64,000 nucleotides of DNA. It comes from Harriotta raleighana (Eukaryota). The DNA is taken from positions 739,283-803,282 of the forward strand of contig JBNZDD010013549.1 of NCBI GenBank assembly GCA_050575255.1, in the 5' to 3' direction. A model generated the notes under the pieces. The model was not told the DNA's origin. It made no database searches and worked only from the letters and a program-made list of their open reading frames with translations. Positions 39,652-52,700 of this stretch are shown here, piece by piece (position 1 is the stretch's first letter; each line of letters opens with the position of its first letter). Position numbers and translations under genes: made by a program.

Positions 39652-42599
39652 ACCAGGCAATTAAACATTGCTATCTCATTTGGCTGCATCATCCCAACAT
39701 CATAAGAGAGGTTGAAATGAAAAAGGGCCCATTTAATCTTTCCAGAATATGCATGTTGCCATTAAGTGTTAAGCTTTTTCCTGTATGAGTCCAGTGTCCA
39801 GGCCTCGATCACCCTTCCTAGTAAATTTCCCAGCACTAAATCATCCTGGCGTTTAAGAGGATGGACTCTCTTACCATGATCCACATGATTCGTGGACACA
39901 ATCTCACTCGTGGTCTTCTCTGTATTATTGAAAATATTAGGATTCAATTAGAAATACGGACTATTGATCTCACATAAAAACAGGAAGATTCAATTATAAT
40001 GTTGACTCAAGAGTTACCCCACAATGATAGGCCAGTCTGTCTACTAAAGTTATTCAAGATTTGGACTTAACCACAAATTCTATTGCTGAGATATTCATGG
40101 TATTTGGTACATCAACCTTATAACCCTCTTTGTTTCTTGGAGATATCATTCACCCACACACGCATGGCCTATTTAAGAAAATGTATTCGAAGAATCAAGA
40201 AGAATTTTCTTATCGCGAAAGCTGTACTCATACACAATTTTATTGCAATTTGCTAAAAGTAAATGGATTCACCTACAAAACTTTGATTGATTGATTGATG
40301 GTAGTTTAGTCAACAGTTTTGTGTGTGTGTGTGAGCGCGCATAAGGTTTACAGAATTAAGCCTAAATCAGTATCTTTTTCACTCAGCGACATGGCTTCTG
40401 CAGCTCAGACCTGATTTTGATTCCTAAAAGCTTTATCGCAAAATGTGCCCGTAACTTCATTTTTCCAAATGTCAAACAGCATCAGCAGATATCCGAAAAA
40501 AAGGCCAACATAAGTTTTGCAGTTCATAAAACCTAGAACATAAAACATTATACCCTAACCTGTATAAAACAGAGGTTTGTTGTGCGTTCTATTAGTTCTA
40601 AGTTATATGGTTCTGCTTACATTGTTTTACTGTTCAAGCAGTCCAGAACCCGTGGAATTCAACACACACACTAAAGCACTTTGCTCACTGATTGCCAGGT
40701 AATGTTGACTAAACAGAAACCCTTCTTTAAAGAAGGGGAAAATTGAACAGCAACATTCTGTACCAAACTAAGCAATCAGATTTTATGTGTTTGGGTGCCA
40801 CAAAGGGGATCAGATTGTGACTAGAGTAATACTGTAAACAAAATCAAAGGGAAAGACAAGGGAATGGGTTTATATTGTAGATAACTCCAGTGAGAGAGCC
40901 AGTCTCAGCACAGACTAGCTAATTGTAAACATCTATCCTTCGGTTTGGGTGATCTAGCACATCACTGTGTAAGGAAAACTAAGGCTTTATAGGAAATATT
41001 CATTCAATGCTTATTATTATTTCTGGCGCGAACTCGGATCTGACTCCGGATGAGTTCAGAGAGTGTGTTGTGACTGATAACATTTCTGTGATAATCTTGA
41101 TTTAGTGGAAGATCTATCGTACGGTTGCACACACAGATGAAAGCAACATAAGCAAATTGCCCAACTGCAAACCTTTTCAAACCACGTTCCTTGCCCATGC
41201 GATTGAAAATCTTCCCGGCGGGAAAATCCCGTAAAAACTTCCCGAAGGAAGAGATGATTTTTTTCACTGATCGCAACACCAAGATGTAACTTGTTCTTGT
41301 TAACCAAATCAGGTTTGTGCGTAATAGTCTTCATTTTTGAACTGATTTATTTTAACGCGCACATTCCGAAGCAACGTGTAATAACAGGAAAAACAAGACT
41401 GTGATAAATAAAATGGATCCAGAAAATGTTTCTCTTCATCCTCAGAACCTAACTGATCATGCCTGGTATGAAGAACTTGGTAGGTGTCCAGTTTCTGATG
41501 CACTCAAGTGCTGAGATAGCAGCGACATAGATTCAATCAAAGCTGACTTGTACCAGATAAAGGATCAGGGTCTGTTTTATGTCATACAACTAGGACATCT
41601 CTGCCCAGCCTGATTTTTTATCACACAGTTGTTGAAATGCCTCCTCTTGAAGTTTGACCTTTTACTTCAATCTACATTTACACTGCTCTAGATGTTGACC
41701 TCCCACCACTATGTATAACCAGTGTGCACAGAATAACTGATAAGTAGCAGTTATGAGGCAGTAACATAAATCACTGGAAGAAAGTTAACAAGATTTATCA
41801 ACTCAACCCAGGATCTTGTGATTAATTATCAGTGCCCCCCCACCCCTACCCAATAGGTTTAATTTAATTGATCCAGACTTTAACTGTTTGTAGGAGCTGT
41901 AGATTCTCAGTGCATTGAGTTGCTTCAAATCCTTGTGTGGCAGAATGAAGACTTATACAATATATACAATACATACAATATAATCAAGCAGGATTGCTGA
42001 ATTACTGGCAGCAAAATGAGGTAGTACAACAGTGGCGAGTGTACAGAAATTTCCACCCTTCCTGCCCTCTTTCCAATACCTCTCTGTTCACTTCTCCCTC
42101 GTGTTTGCATCACTTTTCGTTTTGACCACTGCCATTCTGGCAAACTGATTCCGAAATCTGATAAATATTGTTCATGGTTTCCTGAGTAACAAAGTGAGTT
42201 GAAATATCCTGTCTTAAGAGCACATCCTTCACTACATCAGTTTCTTTTTAATTTATTGCTTCCAAATGAAGCATTAAGCACTATTGTAACACTGATTCAG
42301 ATCAAGGATTTCCAGATCCACTCAACGTTTTGGATGCATCATAGATGTACGTCAAATGTTTTTCTGCATTCAAGTCAACTAAAGCCTTTATATAACTGAT
42401 CACAAATTAATGCAAAATTGATATTACCAATTATTTATTCAAACACAGAAAAATCTGATGCGTATCACAATGAAAACAATACCAAAATAGCCACCGTGTG
42501 GAATACAGACCAGGACAAAATTCTCACTGTTCACACTGAGCTCATGGTTGATATGTGCCCCTCACAACTTCCTGAGGATTACAGGCTGACATCATTGCT

Positions 42600-42790
42600 G
42601 AACTCGATGCCTGAAGTGGTGTTTGAATCATTCAGGTTTGAGAAGCATTCAAGAGGAAGCTAGACCTTGACATGAGAGAGAGGTGAATAGAAGGGTATGA
42701 GACGGAGTAAAGAATAGGTGGATACCCAATGGAGTATAAATACCTGCAGGGTATGGGCTGAGTGGCCTATTTTAGTGCTGGATTTCTTTT
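42600..42790 (+). mobile_element. Old CR1 3' fragment
   Basis: gcattcaagaggaagctagac...catgagagaga...atgggctgagtggcctattttagtgctg. Confidence 0.65.
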
Positions 42791-43325
42791 GACAATTTTC
42801 TCTTCAGTCTGCAATCATTTGATCCCAAATCAAACTACTGTACTTTCTTCAGGAAGTCACTAGTGGACATCAGTATTAAAGTCTTCCCTTAATAAAGGAA
42901 AATGAAAACCTTTGTCCAACTCTGAAAATCTTTTCCAGTTCTGTGTTAGTCAGTGAAATAGTGACATCCAGTGGAGGCAATTACTACATCTAAACATTAA
43001 GTAGGGAACTGATCAAAGCCGAAAAATAAGAACTGATTTTTAAGTTGTTACGTTCCACGTTAAACAGAACTGATCGAATGCATTTCATTCCTTGGTTGCA
43101 CTAATATCATTGTGTCTGATCAGTTAAATGAATGAAATAAGGATATTATCAACAATATCTTTAAGGCAAGTATTTCTCTTTGCTGTACACAATATTTATT
43201 ACTTGGGTAGCCAAGGGATTAAAAGTACTAGTTGGGACAATTTGCAAGCGAGTCGAAGAGGGTGGGAAGAGGAAAGAAGATCTAGAGTGTGTATTATCAG
43301 GTTGATCCATTGACAAAAGGCTTGC

Positions 43326-43478
43326 TACAATACAATACTGTACAAAATTACATTTGTGTACTGCCTTTCACGTTGGGAGGACGTCCCCAGGCATTGGACA
43401 GTCAAGGATTTGTACCCAGACAGGGTGATTGGGATCAGGGAGGGTGGAGGGCAGGGGGCGTGGCCGAAGGCAGTCGAA
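43326..43478 (-). mobile_element. L2 3' end
   Basis: caaaattacatttgtgtactgcctttcacgttgggaggacgtccccaggcattggacagtcaa. Confidence 0.85.
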
Positions 43479-44194
43479 GCACCAAATTCCTGCAACTTCT
43501 GCCTATCCTCAACTCCTCTTTCCCTCCTTCCAGGAATTACTATCATCCTCTGCTGCACAGGACAACCCCCTCTTAATCTTCAGATAACATATCAAAGGAA
43601 ATCCCAATAATTTAACCGTTACTGATTTCTGGCTGAAATGAATTTGTTGACTGGTAACTTTCCAAGTTATTTAGATGTCAGAAGCTAGATCTCTCATCGA
43701 GATTAAATAGGGTCAAACATTGTGGAGGAATTACCTTCCACTTGTGGTCCTTTAGTGCTATTGATCCATAGGATTATTTTCCACTAACCTGAGCTACTTC
43801 TGACATGCCACACGTTTAATGGGCCACTAGGTTTCAAACTTTTACTTTCAATTATTCATCAATGTTTAATCCCAAACCTTTGTGGTATAGAACATACAAA
43901 ACGATTTATCGAAAGGAAAATCTTCCATTCATCCATGGTACCAGTACAGACATCAAATAAGCAGCTGTTATCAGCTCAGATAGCCTCTCTGGGTCAAAGA
44001 GCTTTTGGTTGTGTTTCTGCCTTACAATGGAATGTCCTTCATGACTGACTTAAGTGAAACATACCACAGTAATAGGTCTTCCAATAAATCATTATTTTTT
44101 AACTCTCAATTATTTTGTTTAGGTTTTTTGTTATTTATTGATGTTTATTCCATCAAAGTACAGCTTGAATGACAATATAAAGCAATTTACTTTA

Positions 44195-44381
44195 TTAATA
44201 ATAATCATTGCATTTGATATAGAGCTTTCCATGTCTTGAAAATGTCTCAAAGTGCTTCCCAGAATATGTATATAGAATATGTGAATTGACTGTATATTTG
44301 TGGGTGAAACGCAGCAGCCAATTGCGCACAGCAGCGTCCCACACAGTCCTGGATCGAAGTGTCCAATTTATTATTGTTTTC
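44195..44381 (-). mobile_element. SINE 3' half
   Basis: aataataatcattgcatttgatatag...gcagccaattgcgcacagcagcgtccc. Confidence 0.88.
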
Positions 44382-45088
44382 AAATCACTGTCAGTTTATA
44401 ATAGGTAACCATGGATAGACTCATCAGTTCCAGCTTTAAAGCTTTGACAAGCTGTCCACAAGCAGACATCACAAGCTGTCCAGTATTAGGCAGCAAGAAT
44501 GAGACCAGGAATGGTATTAGACGAGGTAAGCAGTAGCCTTGGTTTCCATTTGCTTGAGCTCTCTTTTCATACCAGAATTATCGGCGACAAGTTTGATAAA
44601 ACTATTTCATTCCAAATAATTCCCAGATTTTTAAAAGTCAAAGTTGCATGCAGCAGCATCTAATCAAATATAACACATTGTTTTTAAAGATGATAGAATT
44701 ATTGGTAACAATATCTCACTTACATCTTTTAACTGTGATAAACAAATTGCCATTATGACGTTCTGTTTCCCACATCCATAATTTGATCATAGGTGTCCAG
44801 GGTAATACTGCAAAATGTACTTAATATAAATGAATTAGTCTGGATTGCTTCGTTGATACAAAATCAAATAAAAGTTTATGTCGTAGAAATCCAAATAGAA
44901 ATGAGAGCACAACGTGGGTAAAAATAGGCGGAAAGCATTCTTGGCTACATTCATTAAAAGATAAAACACCTGTTGAAGATGGAAAATATTGCTTCAATTC
45001 TTTCCCCATTCACAGCACAACTAAATTATAAGAGTTGCAGGGGTTGCAACTTCTTCATTCCGAACTCAAAAACAATTTGCAAATATTT

Positions 45089-45106
45089 TAGTGCCCTCTG
45101 GTGTCT
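45089..45106 (-). promoter_or_regulatory. Candidate CTCF site downstream of TMX1
   Basis: Minus strand AGACACCAGAGGGCACTA matches the CTCF core CCASYAGRKGGCRS apart from the first base. Confidence 0.4.
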
Positions 45107-48100
45107 ATTGTGCACATTTCTGTGAGCCACCGCCCTCACAAAAACACTTCAAATGTTCCCAGTCAGTAAAAAAAACATTGACAACGTAACAGGAAATTAC
45201 TACAGTATTTATACTATGGATCTTATTAACGCAAACAGAAAGAACAGAAGTAGTGCCTAATCTCTTTGTGTTCAAACAGCATTAAATCAGAACTGCCGTT
45301 AAATCCCAAACGCCCGAAGAGCAGATTGTGGAATTCACTTATTATTTCAGTCCCCTCCCATTTTGGTTTTCTTAGCCATATTTTCTTTTTCACACCCACG
45401 TCAGTCTCCACCTGTGCTCATTTTCAGTCCATTCATATTGTTGAGCATTTATGGCAATGCAAGCGAACTTAGTCAGCCCCCAACGATCGCAATGGTTATG
45501 CTAAATTGCATTACAAATATATTTAAAGGTTATTTGACTTCCAGATATGCTTCAGTTGAGTCACATACGTGACAATCAGGAGATTCTAAGTAGTCTAACA
45601 GGTGTTTCTGGGAAGTTTTGTTTGATTTTATGCTTTAGTTCGGCCGTCACAAACTCCAGGTATTAAAATAAAAGATTAAATTTACAACTCCTTCCAATAA
45701 TATATTAGTTTTTATCTCCAGTAGAGTCAAATGGTAGAATCATAGGGAATGATNGCTTTAGTTCGGCCGTCACAAACTCCAGGTATTAAAATAAAAGATT
45801 AAATCTACAACTACTTCCATTAATATGTTAGTTTTTATCTCCAGTAGAGTCAAATGGTAGAATCATAGGGAATGAGAGCACAGCAAAAGGTTGTTTGGCC
45901 CACTGATTGTGCAGTCTCTTTGAAAGAAGTTGCCATCCAAACTTCAATGACCTGAAATCTTTATTGAAAAAAGTTACCGGGAGGAAAAATACAGCTCTTC
46001 TTCCATATACATTCATAACGAAGTTGAAACTTTTGATCTCACACACAGAGATCACATTTGCTTCAGGATTAAGATAATGCACTGAATCAAACACCCTGAC
46101 AGGATTTTAAATATTAACTAAATAGTAATGGATTTGTGATCAGTGGTTGATATAGGTTCTCACCCAGATACATTTTGATAAAACAGTAAAAACAAAAGGG
46201 TAATATTTATTACAGAAGAAAACTACTGTACAGTATAGCCCTTCTCCATAAGAACACAATGAATAAATTGGAATGAATACATGGTTTGTATGTTTGAATT
46301 ATAAGCCTATCATCACAGTAGAGCTCATGTAAAAATTTAATTTGGAATATTTGAAAATGCTTTAAAGCAAACAAGTTGCATTTCTTAGAATTTCTATTTG
46401 TGGATTACCAATTAGAACAAGTTCTGGGTACTGTTACAGCGGAAACGTGAAGTGGATTCCAAACCTATACCAAGTAAATGAAGTACAAGCTGTTAACAAA
46501 CATGATTCTTGACTGAGAGAGAGAAACCATTTTAGAGCAGACCAGTGGAACGTCAAAACCGGATATTCCAGGCTCTGGGAAAACTTCCAACCTCCATCAG
46601 TGGAATGTGGGAATACAACGTGCTTCCCACCACTCCAAGCAAAGCGCTGTCGCTATTCAGAATATCATTCATTTGATTCTTAAGGATTGTGCAATAGCCT
46701 AAAACTCTCGCCAGTTCAACACATCGTATCTTAAAAGTATTGTAGCAGTTGAGTTTCGCCTTGTACAGCTCTTCGATGGTAGAGCAGGAAAGATAGCCCC
46801 TTCCTGATCATTTCAGAAACAGAAATATTTTGTGCCTGCTTTTCCTCCTGCGATATTGAGAAACTCCATTATGTCCCTGGTTATAGGAAAGTACAGAGAA
46901 TTTCAAAATACAAGGATAAGATCAACCTCATCCTCCTATTGCACTGACTGCAAATTCCTGCAGCGTCTGTAGATAGATGATATATTCAAGCACTNTTCAA
47001 GCAGTTTGCCAATAAGGGGTATTTGCCATCTGTACACTTTGCGGATGAGTAATATTCTTTGTTGTTGCAGTGAGTAGATTACTCTACGTCTCATTCGAAG
47101 TCACTTTAAATGAAAAAGCTTAAAATACATTTATGCATTTATGCATCGCCTTGTGGAAAAGTACCATGACGGTTGTGACAACCTGACACAAAAACAGCAG
47201 AGCANATTACTCTACGTCTCATTCGAAGTCACTTTAAATGAAAAAGCTTAAAATATATTTATGCATTTATGCATCGCCTTGTGGAAAAGTACCATGACGG
47301 TCGTGACAACCTGACACAAAAACAGCAGAGCACACAGGAGCTGTGCTCCCAACACCATTTTGATAGGTGCTTTTAAGGGAACCGAAATCGCAAATTCGAA
47401 AACATTTGTTTATTATCAAATGAAAACAGAGCCAAAATGTACTGGAAGAAATCAATTTATGTGAATTAAGAGACTAAAATAGTCCTCAAAAGATTTACGG
47501 CAATCAGTATCTTAAACGTTCTCCAATTGAAAAGAGTAAATACACAGCTCAAAGAGCTGCTTACAAAATATTCTCATTTAGAATTCCTTTTGTAAACTAA
47601 AGTTACACCCCACTAAAAAATACCCAAGAACGCCATCCTTACAACTAAGGTAGACCCAGAGAAACTGTAATGGTTAGGTCCACATGATGATACCACATGT
47701 CCAACAATAAGTTAAAGTTCATAAATTAATGGCTAAACACAGCTTGCTCTGTTGTGTCTGTAAGAAATATACACACATTGCTCAGTAATAGTCAAAATGG
47801 ATAAATCCAATGTAAAGGTATACCCTAATCAAGGGTTTCAGTAACCTGAAGTGGGATCAAAGAATAGATTTGAAATACTGACTTACAAACCATGAGATGT
47901 GACATACATGGGATTCTTAAGGTACGTTTTAAATGCAAAAGAATGAAAAGTACAGAATTACTACTTTACCCTGCCAAATCTACATAAAGGGACTATCAAA
48001 GAGCTGGTAATTTGTACATTCATAAGATTTGTCCAGAAATAAACTTGGTAAACTATTAAGGAAAAAATAACTTGCATACTGAAGCCCTGTTCAAATGAGG

Positions 48101-48771
48101 TTTATTTAGCACTAATGGAAATATCTAAGCAAGAGCCTAACATGTCTTATGTACTATTTCTACAATACTGTAGTTTTGGATTTCCAAATGTGAAACTTGC
48201 TACATTTTATCTTTTTGTTTTACAGGAGCCTAATCGGAGATAATATCCTTTATCTGTTGAAAACTACCCTTATTTTTGTTCCACCTTAGCCTAATTCAGT
48301 CACCTGTTCTACAATGGTTCTCACACGTTGAATCCAGGCCTCCCAACAGTTGGCTATTCTTTAAATATACAATGGACAGTTAGCAGCACTGCAACCAAGC
48401 CCACTCTGATTCACATGCAGACTTCCAGCTAGTCGCTCAACAGGAATCGGGGGGGTGACAAACGATATCTGTACATACACTGACTGATTGTTCCCCACTT
48501 TACATCAAAGCCAACTATAGCCTGTTTACCACTATAATATTATTCAGCGATCTCAGCAGAGACCAAGAATCAAACTTGTGCCCTTTTAAACGTAGATGGC
48601 TCCGTGTCACGCCACAGTACAGTATATGATGTATTTACTTAAGGCCGTCTGAAATTGGTTTTAAATCTAAATATAAAAGCTCCTCTCTGCCTGCTACTTT
48701 GACTCTCTTTGTGTTCACGTCGTTAAACCAAATTGTTGAAGAGAGTGAGATGAGAGCAAATATGGCAAATA

Positions 48772-48777
48772 TTTATT
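48772..48777 (-). terminator. Candidate TMX1 polyadenylation signal AATAAA
   Basis: tttatt on + about 840 nt downstream of the stop codon; other hexamers exist, so the site actually used is uncertain. Confidence 0.4.
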
Positions 48778-49609
48778 CTAAGAGGTTTTTTTTAAGATTC
48801 ATGAATGAGTGGTATTATTTTAAACAAACTTTTGTATGATAACTTTTGGACAGCAGCAAGAATTTAAGGTTCAAAGTACAGTAAAAAGATATTTTGATAC
48901 AGTAAACAGGAATGTTGAGTCTTTAAATGAGGTGGGGAAGGAAAAGATGTTTTGAGCAATTTATAGAACAAATTTATAAGATTTTAGAACTGTCATTCCG
49001 TGAATTGAAACTCTCAATGTTTTAATGCCTGCTTTAACTTCTTGCAATATCAGCTAGACTTTTGTATATTAAAATAAAGGTAAACAAAACTGACTTTCTG
49101 CAGCATTGCATGCCTAAGTTATTTTCTGTTGCACCTTCGACATTAGTTGTTTTTGTAACTTGTATACTTAGCCAACAGGCTATTTTTAAACCTGAAGTTT
49201 TCGAAAGCAAAATTCTTTAGCAAGTAGCGTGGAAGATTTGATTTTTGAAAAATCAGTGAAGGATACCGTCCCTTTACTGCCATTGTGCAAGTGCCACCCT
49301 TGTAAACAGTACAACCAAAAAGACTTGATATAAAATATCAACTCAAATATCAACCTGGTAAACGTGGAAGACTTAGAGGAGCATGTAAAGTTCATTATCA
49401 CCGGCATCTCAGCTTCATAGCAAAGTCTGCAGTCACAAAAGCAAGCTTAGCACAGCACTGATATTCAGTGTACTTGCCGCAGCTGATCTTACACTAGTTT
49501 AGTGTAGTTTGCCTTGGCCAATTGATCCACTTCATAATCCCTCAGTACAATGCCTTACATCAGCAACATAGCTTTAGTCAAGACTTTCTCTTTTAGTCTG
49601 TTTTGCAGC

Positions 49610-49782
49610 TCAAGAGTTATCCGCTCCACGTTTTCTGAGAGTCCTTGGTGAATAATCTCCAGCTTCCTGCAGATCACCCTTTTCAAACACTTTGCGATTG
49701 CTCATTTTTGTTTGGGAGGACGGATTTTCGTTCTCCAGAGGCTCATCGTTTGGCTTCGGTGGCTTTGATCCCGGGAGTTTTT
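49610..49782 (-). CDS. TMX1: TMX1 exon 8 (cytosolic tail with RKR motif and stop)
   Basis: tttatttttaaag|AAAAACTC; phase 1 matches exon 7; ends TLRKRGADNS-TGA. Confidence 0.88.
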
Positions 49783-52700
49783 CTTTAAAAATAAAGCAAA
49801 ACCATGGAATTTTCCACAAAGAATAAATAAGTAGACATTTTTAACATGCAACCTAAAACGCAAGTTGCACAATTAATTAATTGTAGTTGCAACTGTTTCC
49901 TCCACACATGATTGCACTTTCTAAGATCAAATAAAGCATACTGACAGGCGACATTAATAACATTATCGTTAAATTTCTGATAGATTTGCTAACAACAGGA
50001 CAGGTATGGAAATTTAAAATCATCTTAAATATGATTCATCTAAAATCCAAATTGAATTTCATTTTTCTAAACTCATTTCTCACCCTCAATCAGTTCAGAA
50101 GCACTGTGAGATTGAAAATCAAATCATTAGCTTCCAAAAAGTTACAAAAGCCGCAGCGAATATATAAAAAAAGGAGCTCACTTTGAGAACAGTGTGGTTG
50201 GTATTTAAATCGTCGAGATGGCAGCATACAGTCTGCCACGAAGACAAGAATCTGAAAAAAATGCAGAATTAGATTTTATAAAACAAATTCACCATAGGGA
50301 CCGTTGGAGACCTTTTAAGGAGATTCAACAAAATTATGATAGAAAATATAAATAATCATTCCTTTATCTCTTAGAATTAAATTTTCACTTAATCAGTATA
50401 ATTCATGCCATTTACAAATATACAGTCAATTCACTTTACAGTATATTCTGTGCAGCGCTTTCAGACGTCTAGAAGATGTGCAAAGTGCTATATCAAATGC
50501 CAGGATTATTATTTTTTTTTAAAATGAATATCTAATTTATAAGTCTTACCAATCCAAGTACAAGACCAGAAGAAAGTGTTGCCAAAGCAAATATACTGTA
50601 CGATCCCCAAACAGGTATACCAAGATCTTCCGTGAAGTAATTATGGCAGTGCTAAAAGAAAATCCACAGATTAAGTTCAAACAATTATAAATTAATCACA
50701 ACTGCAACCTGAATAGTGAGGTGATCATCCCTAATAACATAATCTGTTGGGTGAAATATCTCATAACCTTGTGTTATCATGAGGTGCTTTCAAGTTGCAT
50801 TCTGTTCGATGTGTTACACGCTCTGCTAAACCAGCTCTATAACATTACTTTCAGTCCAAATGCTATTAGATAAACCAATTTTGCTCCCAATAAACTACAC
50901 TGAGGTAGTTTAATTTTCTTGATCAGCGACTCCCATTTTATATGTTATTCATAATGTTATTCTTGTACATCAGGGAAACACTTTTGCTTCTCCAAATTCA
51001 TATTATTGTACTGACCTCCAAAAAACATATTAAGAAACAGTAAAAGCCCAATCAGCCATAAAGTTACAAACTTAACATATCCTCCCCGAATAATTTAACA
51101 TTAGAATTCCCATTTTGCTCAATTTCTGAACAAGCTCACACGTTGATCGCCCAATCTCAAGTATTCCAATAAAAGGTCACTCGACCTTATCTGAGCTTTC
51201 TCTTTCAGATGCCATTTGACCTCTCATGCTTTCCCTGCTTCTATTGAGATTTCCAGCATTCAAAGTTGTTTCTATTAATCTTGAGTGGACTGCTGTGTAC
51301 AAATCGTGCACTTTTCCTTACAGAGGGAAAGGAGTTGCCATGACTACGTTCACACATTTTCAGCTAATTATACAGGAGGATTGCCGAAGCACAAGAATAG
51401 GTCAAATGTCAATCCTCACAGCAAGAGACGATACTTTGCCCAGCGAATTCCATTTAAAAAAGTGTCTCGATGGCAATCCAGTGGCAAAAGCAGTAGAGGT
51501 TGGTGCACCAACACAGTGTGAGACACAGAGATAGAACACAGGTTCCCACCCAGTATTCCCGATCTGTAACAAACTGTCATAAAGGGAGGGGGAACACACA
51601 GATCTCAAGCCAAGTAAATCCCACTGGGAGGGAGTGGAGTAGAAAGCATGCATGTCTACTAGCATGAGTTATAGCACTAATGCGTATTAGCTTGAACAAA
51701 ACACCGCAATTCATCCTAGGGTTGCTTTTCCACAATTTTGATCTCAGAAGCAAGACATGAACAACTTACACGGATCCACATGGATAGCTGGAATAATGCT
51801 GACATGCTGGCCATCCTGTAACAAGAATAATAAAAAGAATAGAAAGATTCAAATTTTAGGATTAAAGGTAGACAAGACTTTTTAAAGGGATGAATCAATG
51901 AATGAAGGCAGACAAAATAGTTATTTTGACAGCTCCAATAAAGAGTTATGATACCTCAATAATGAACTGGAGTTTGATTTTTCCCATTGAGTTTGATTTC
52001 CTTAATACTTAGGAGGGCTTCGTAGGGTTAAGAAATTGAACTTGAAACATCTCACAAAGAAATGCAAGCCCTCAATTGAAATTAAACAGAAATATTTAGA
52101 TGAACAAAAAAATCAATCTTAGTAATTTGAACTTACATAAACGAGGAAGGTCTGAACCAGGAGGAAACGGGTTCTATGGTTTCCCATTTCTTTCCATCGA
52201 TAAAGTCAAGAAAATCATTCTTCATTCTTGGGCCCTGGTACTTTCTAAACTCTCCATCCTTACAACTGAAAAAGAAAATATTACACATAAGAATTAATAA
52301 ATAAATAGATGAGCATCATTATTTTGTGACTGCAAAAAAGTGTTTTCAGTGTACTTCTGGTTGGTATTTTTAATACTTTCCTTCTGAACTATTTGCACTA
52401 AAGTGTTGGATACTCACTGATAGATAGTGGGAAGCGCTGTAATTATGAAACGACCACTTAAGCCTGTTTTAAAAGAAAGAGTTTGTAAGTAACACAACAG
52501 TAAATAATAAGTAATATTAAATTTTTATTATTCCAAACTAAAATTCATGTAAACCATCACAACACAATGAAATTCTTTTCTCCTTGAAATAATTGGTTAC
52601 AATATTAATAAAACTTCAAAAATATTAGCAGATATATTCCTGTGTTATACACAAAGATCCAAATAGTTCTTGTAAACAAAAGTAAAATGTTTTAAGAGAC

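Noticed and set aside
1-49000. FRMD6 coding exons expected from human synteny (and TRIM9 to the right of TMX1)
   Set aside because: No FERM-domain or RING/B-box peptide was recognisable in the ORF track or in the candidate exons I translated; these genes probably lie outside the window.
49869-49884. 16-bp perfect palindrome acaattaattaattgt in TMX1 intron 7
   Set aside because: Low-complexity (aatt)n core; expected by chance in AT-rich DNA.
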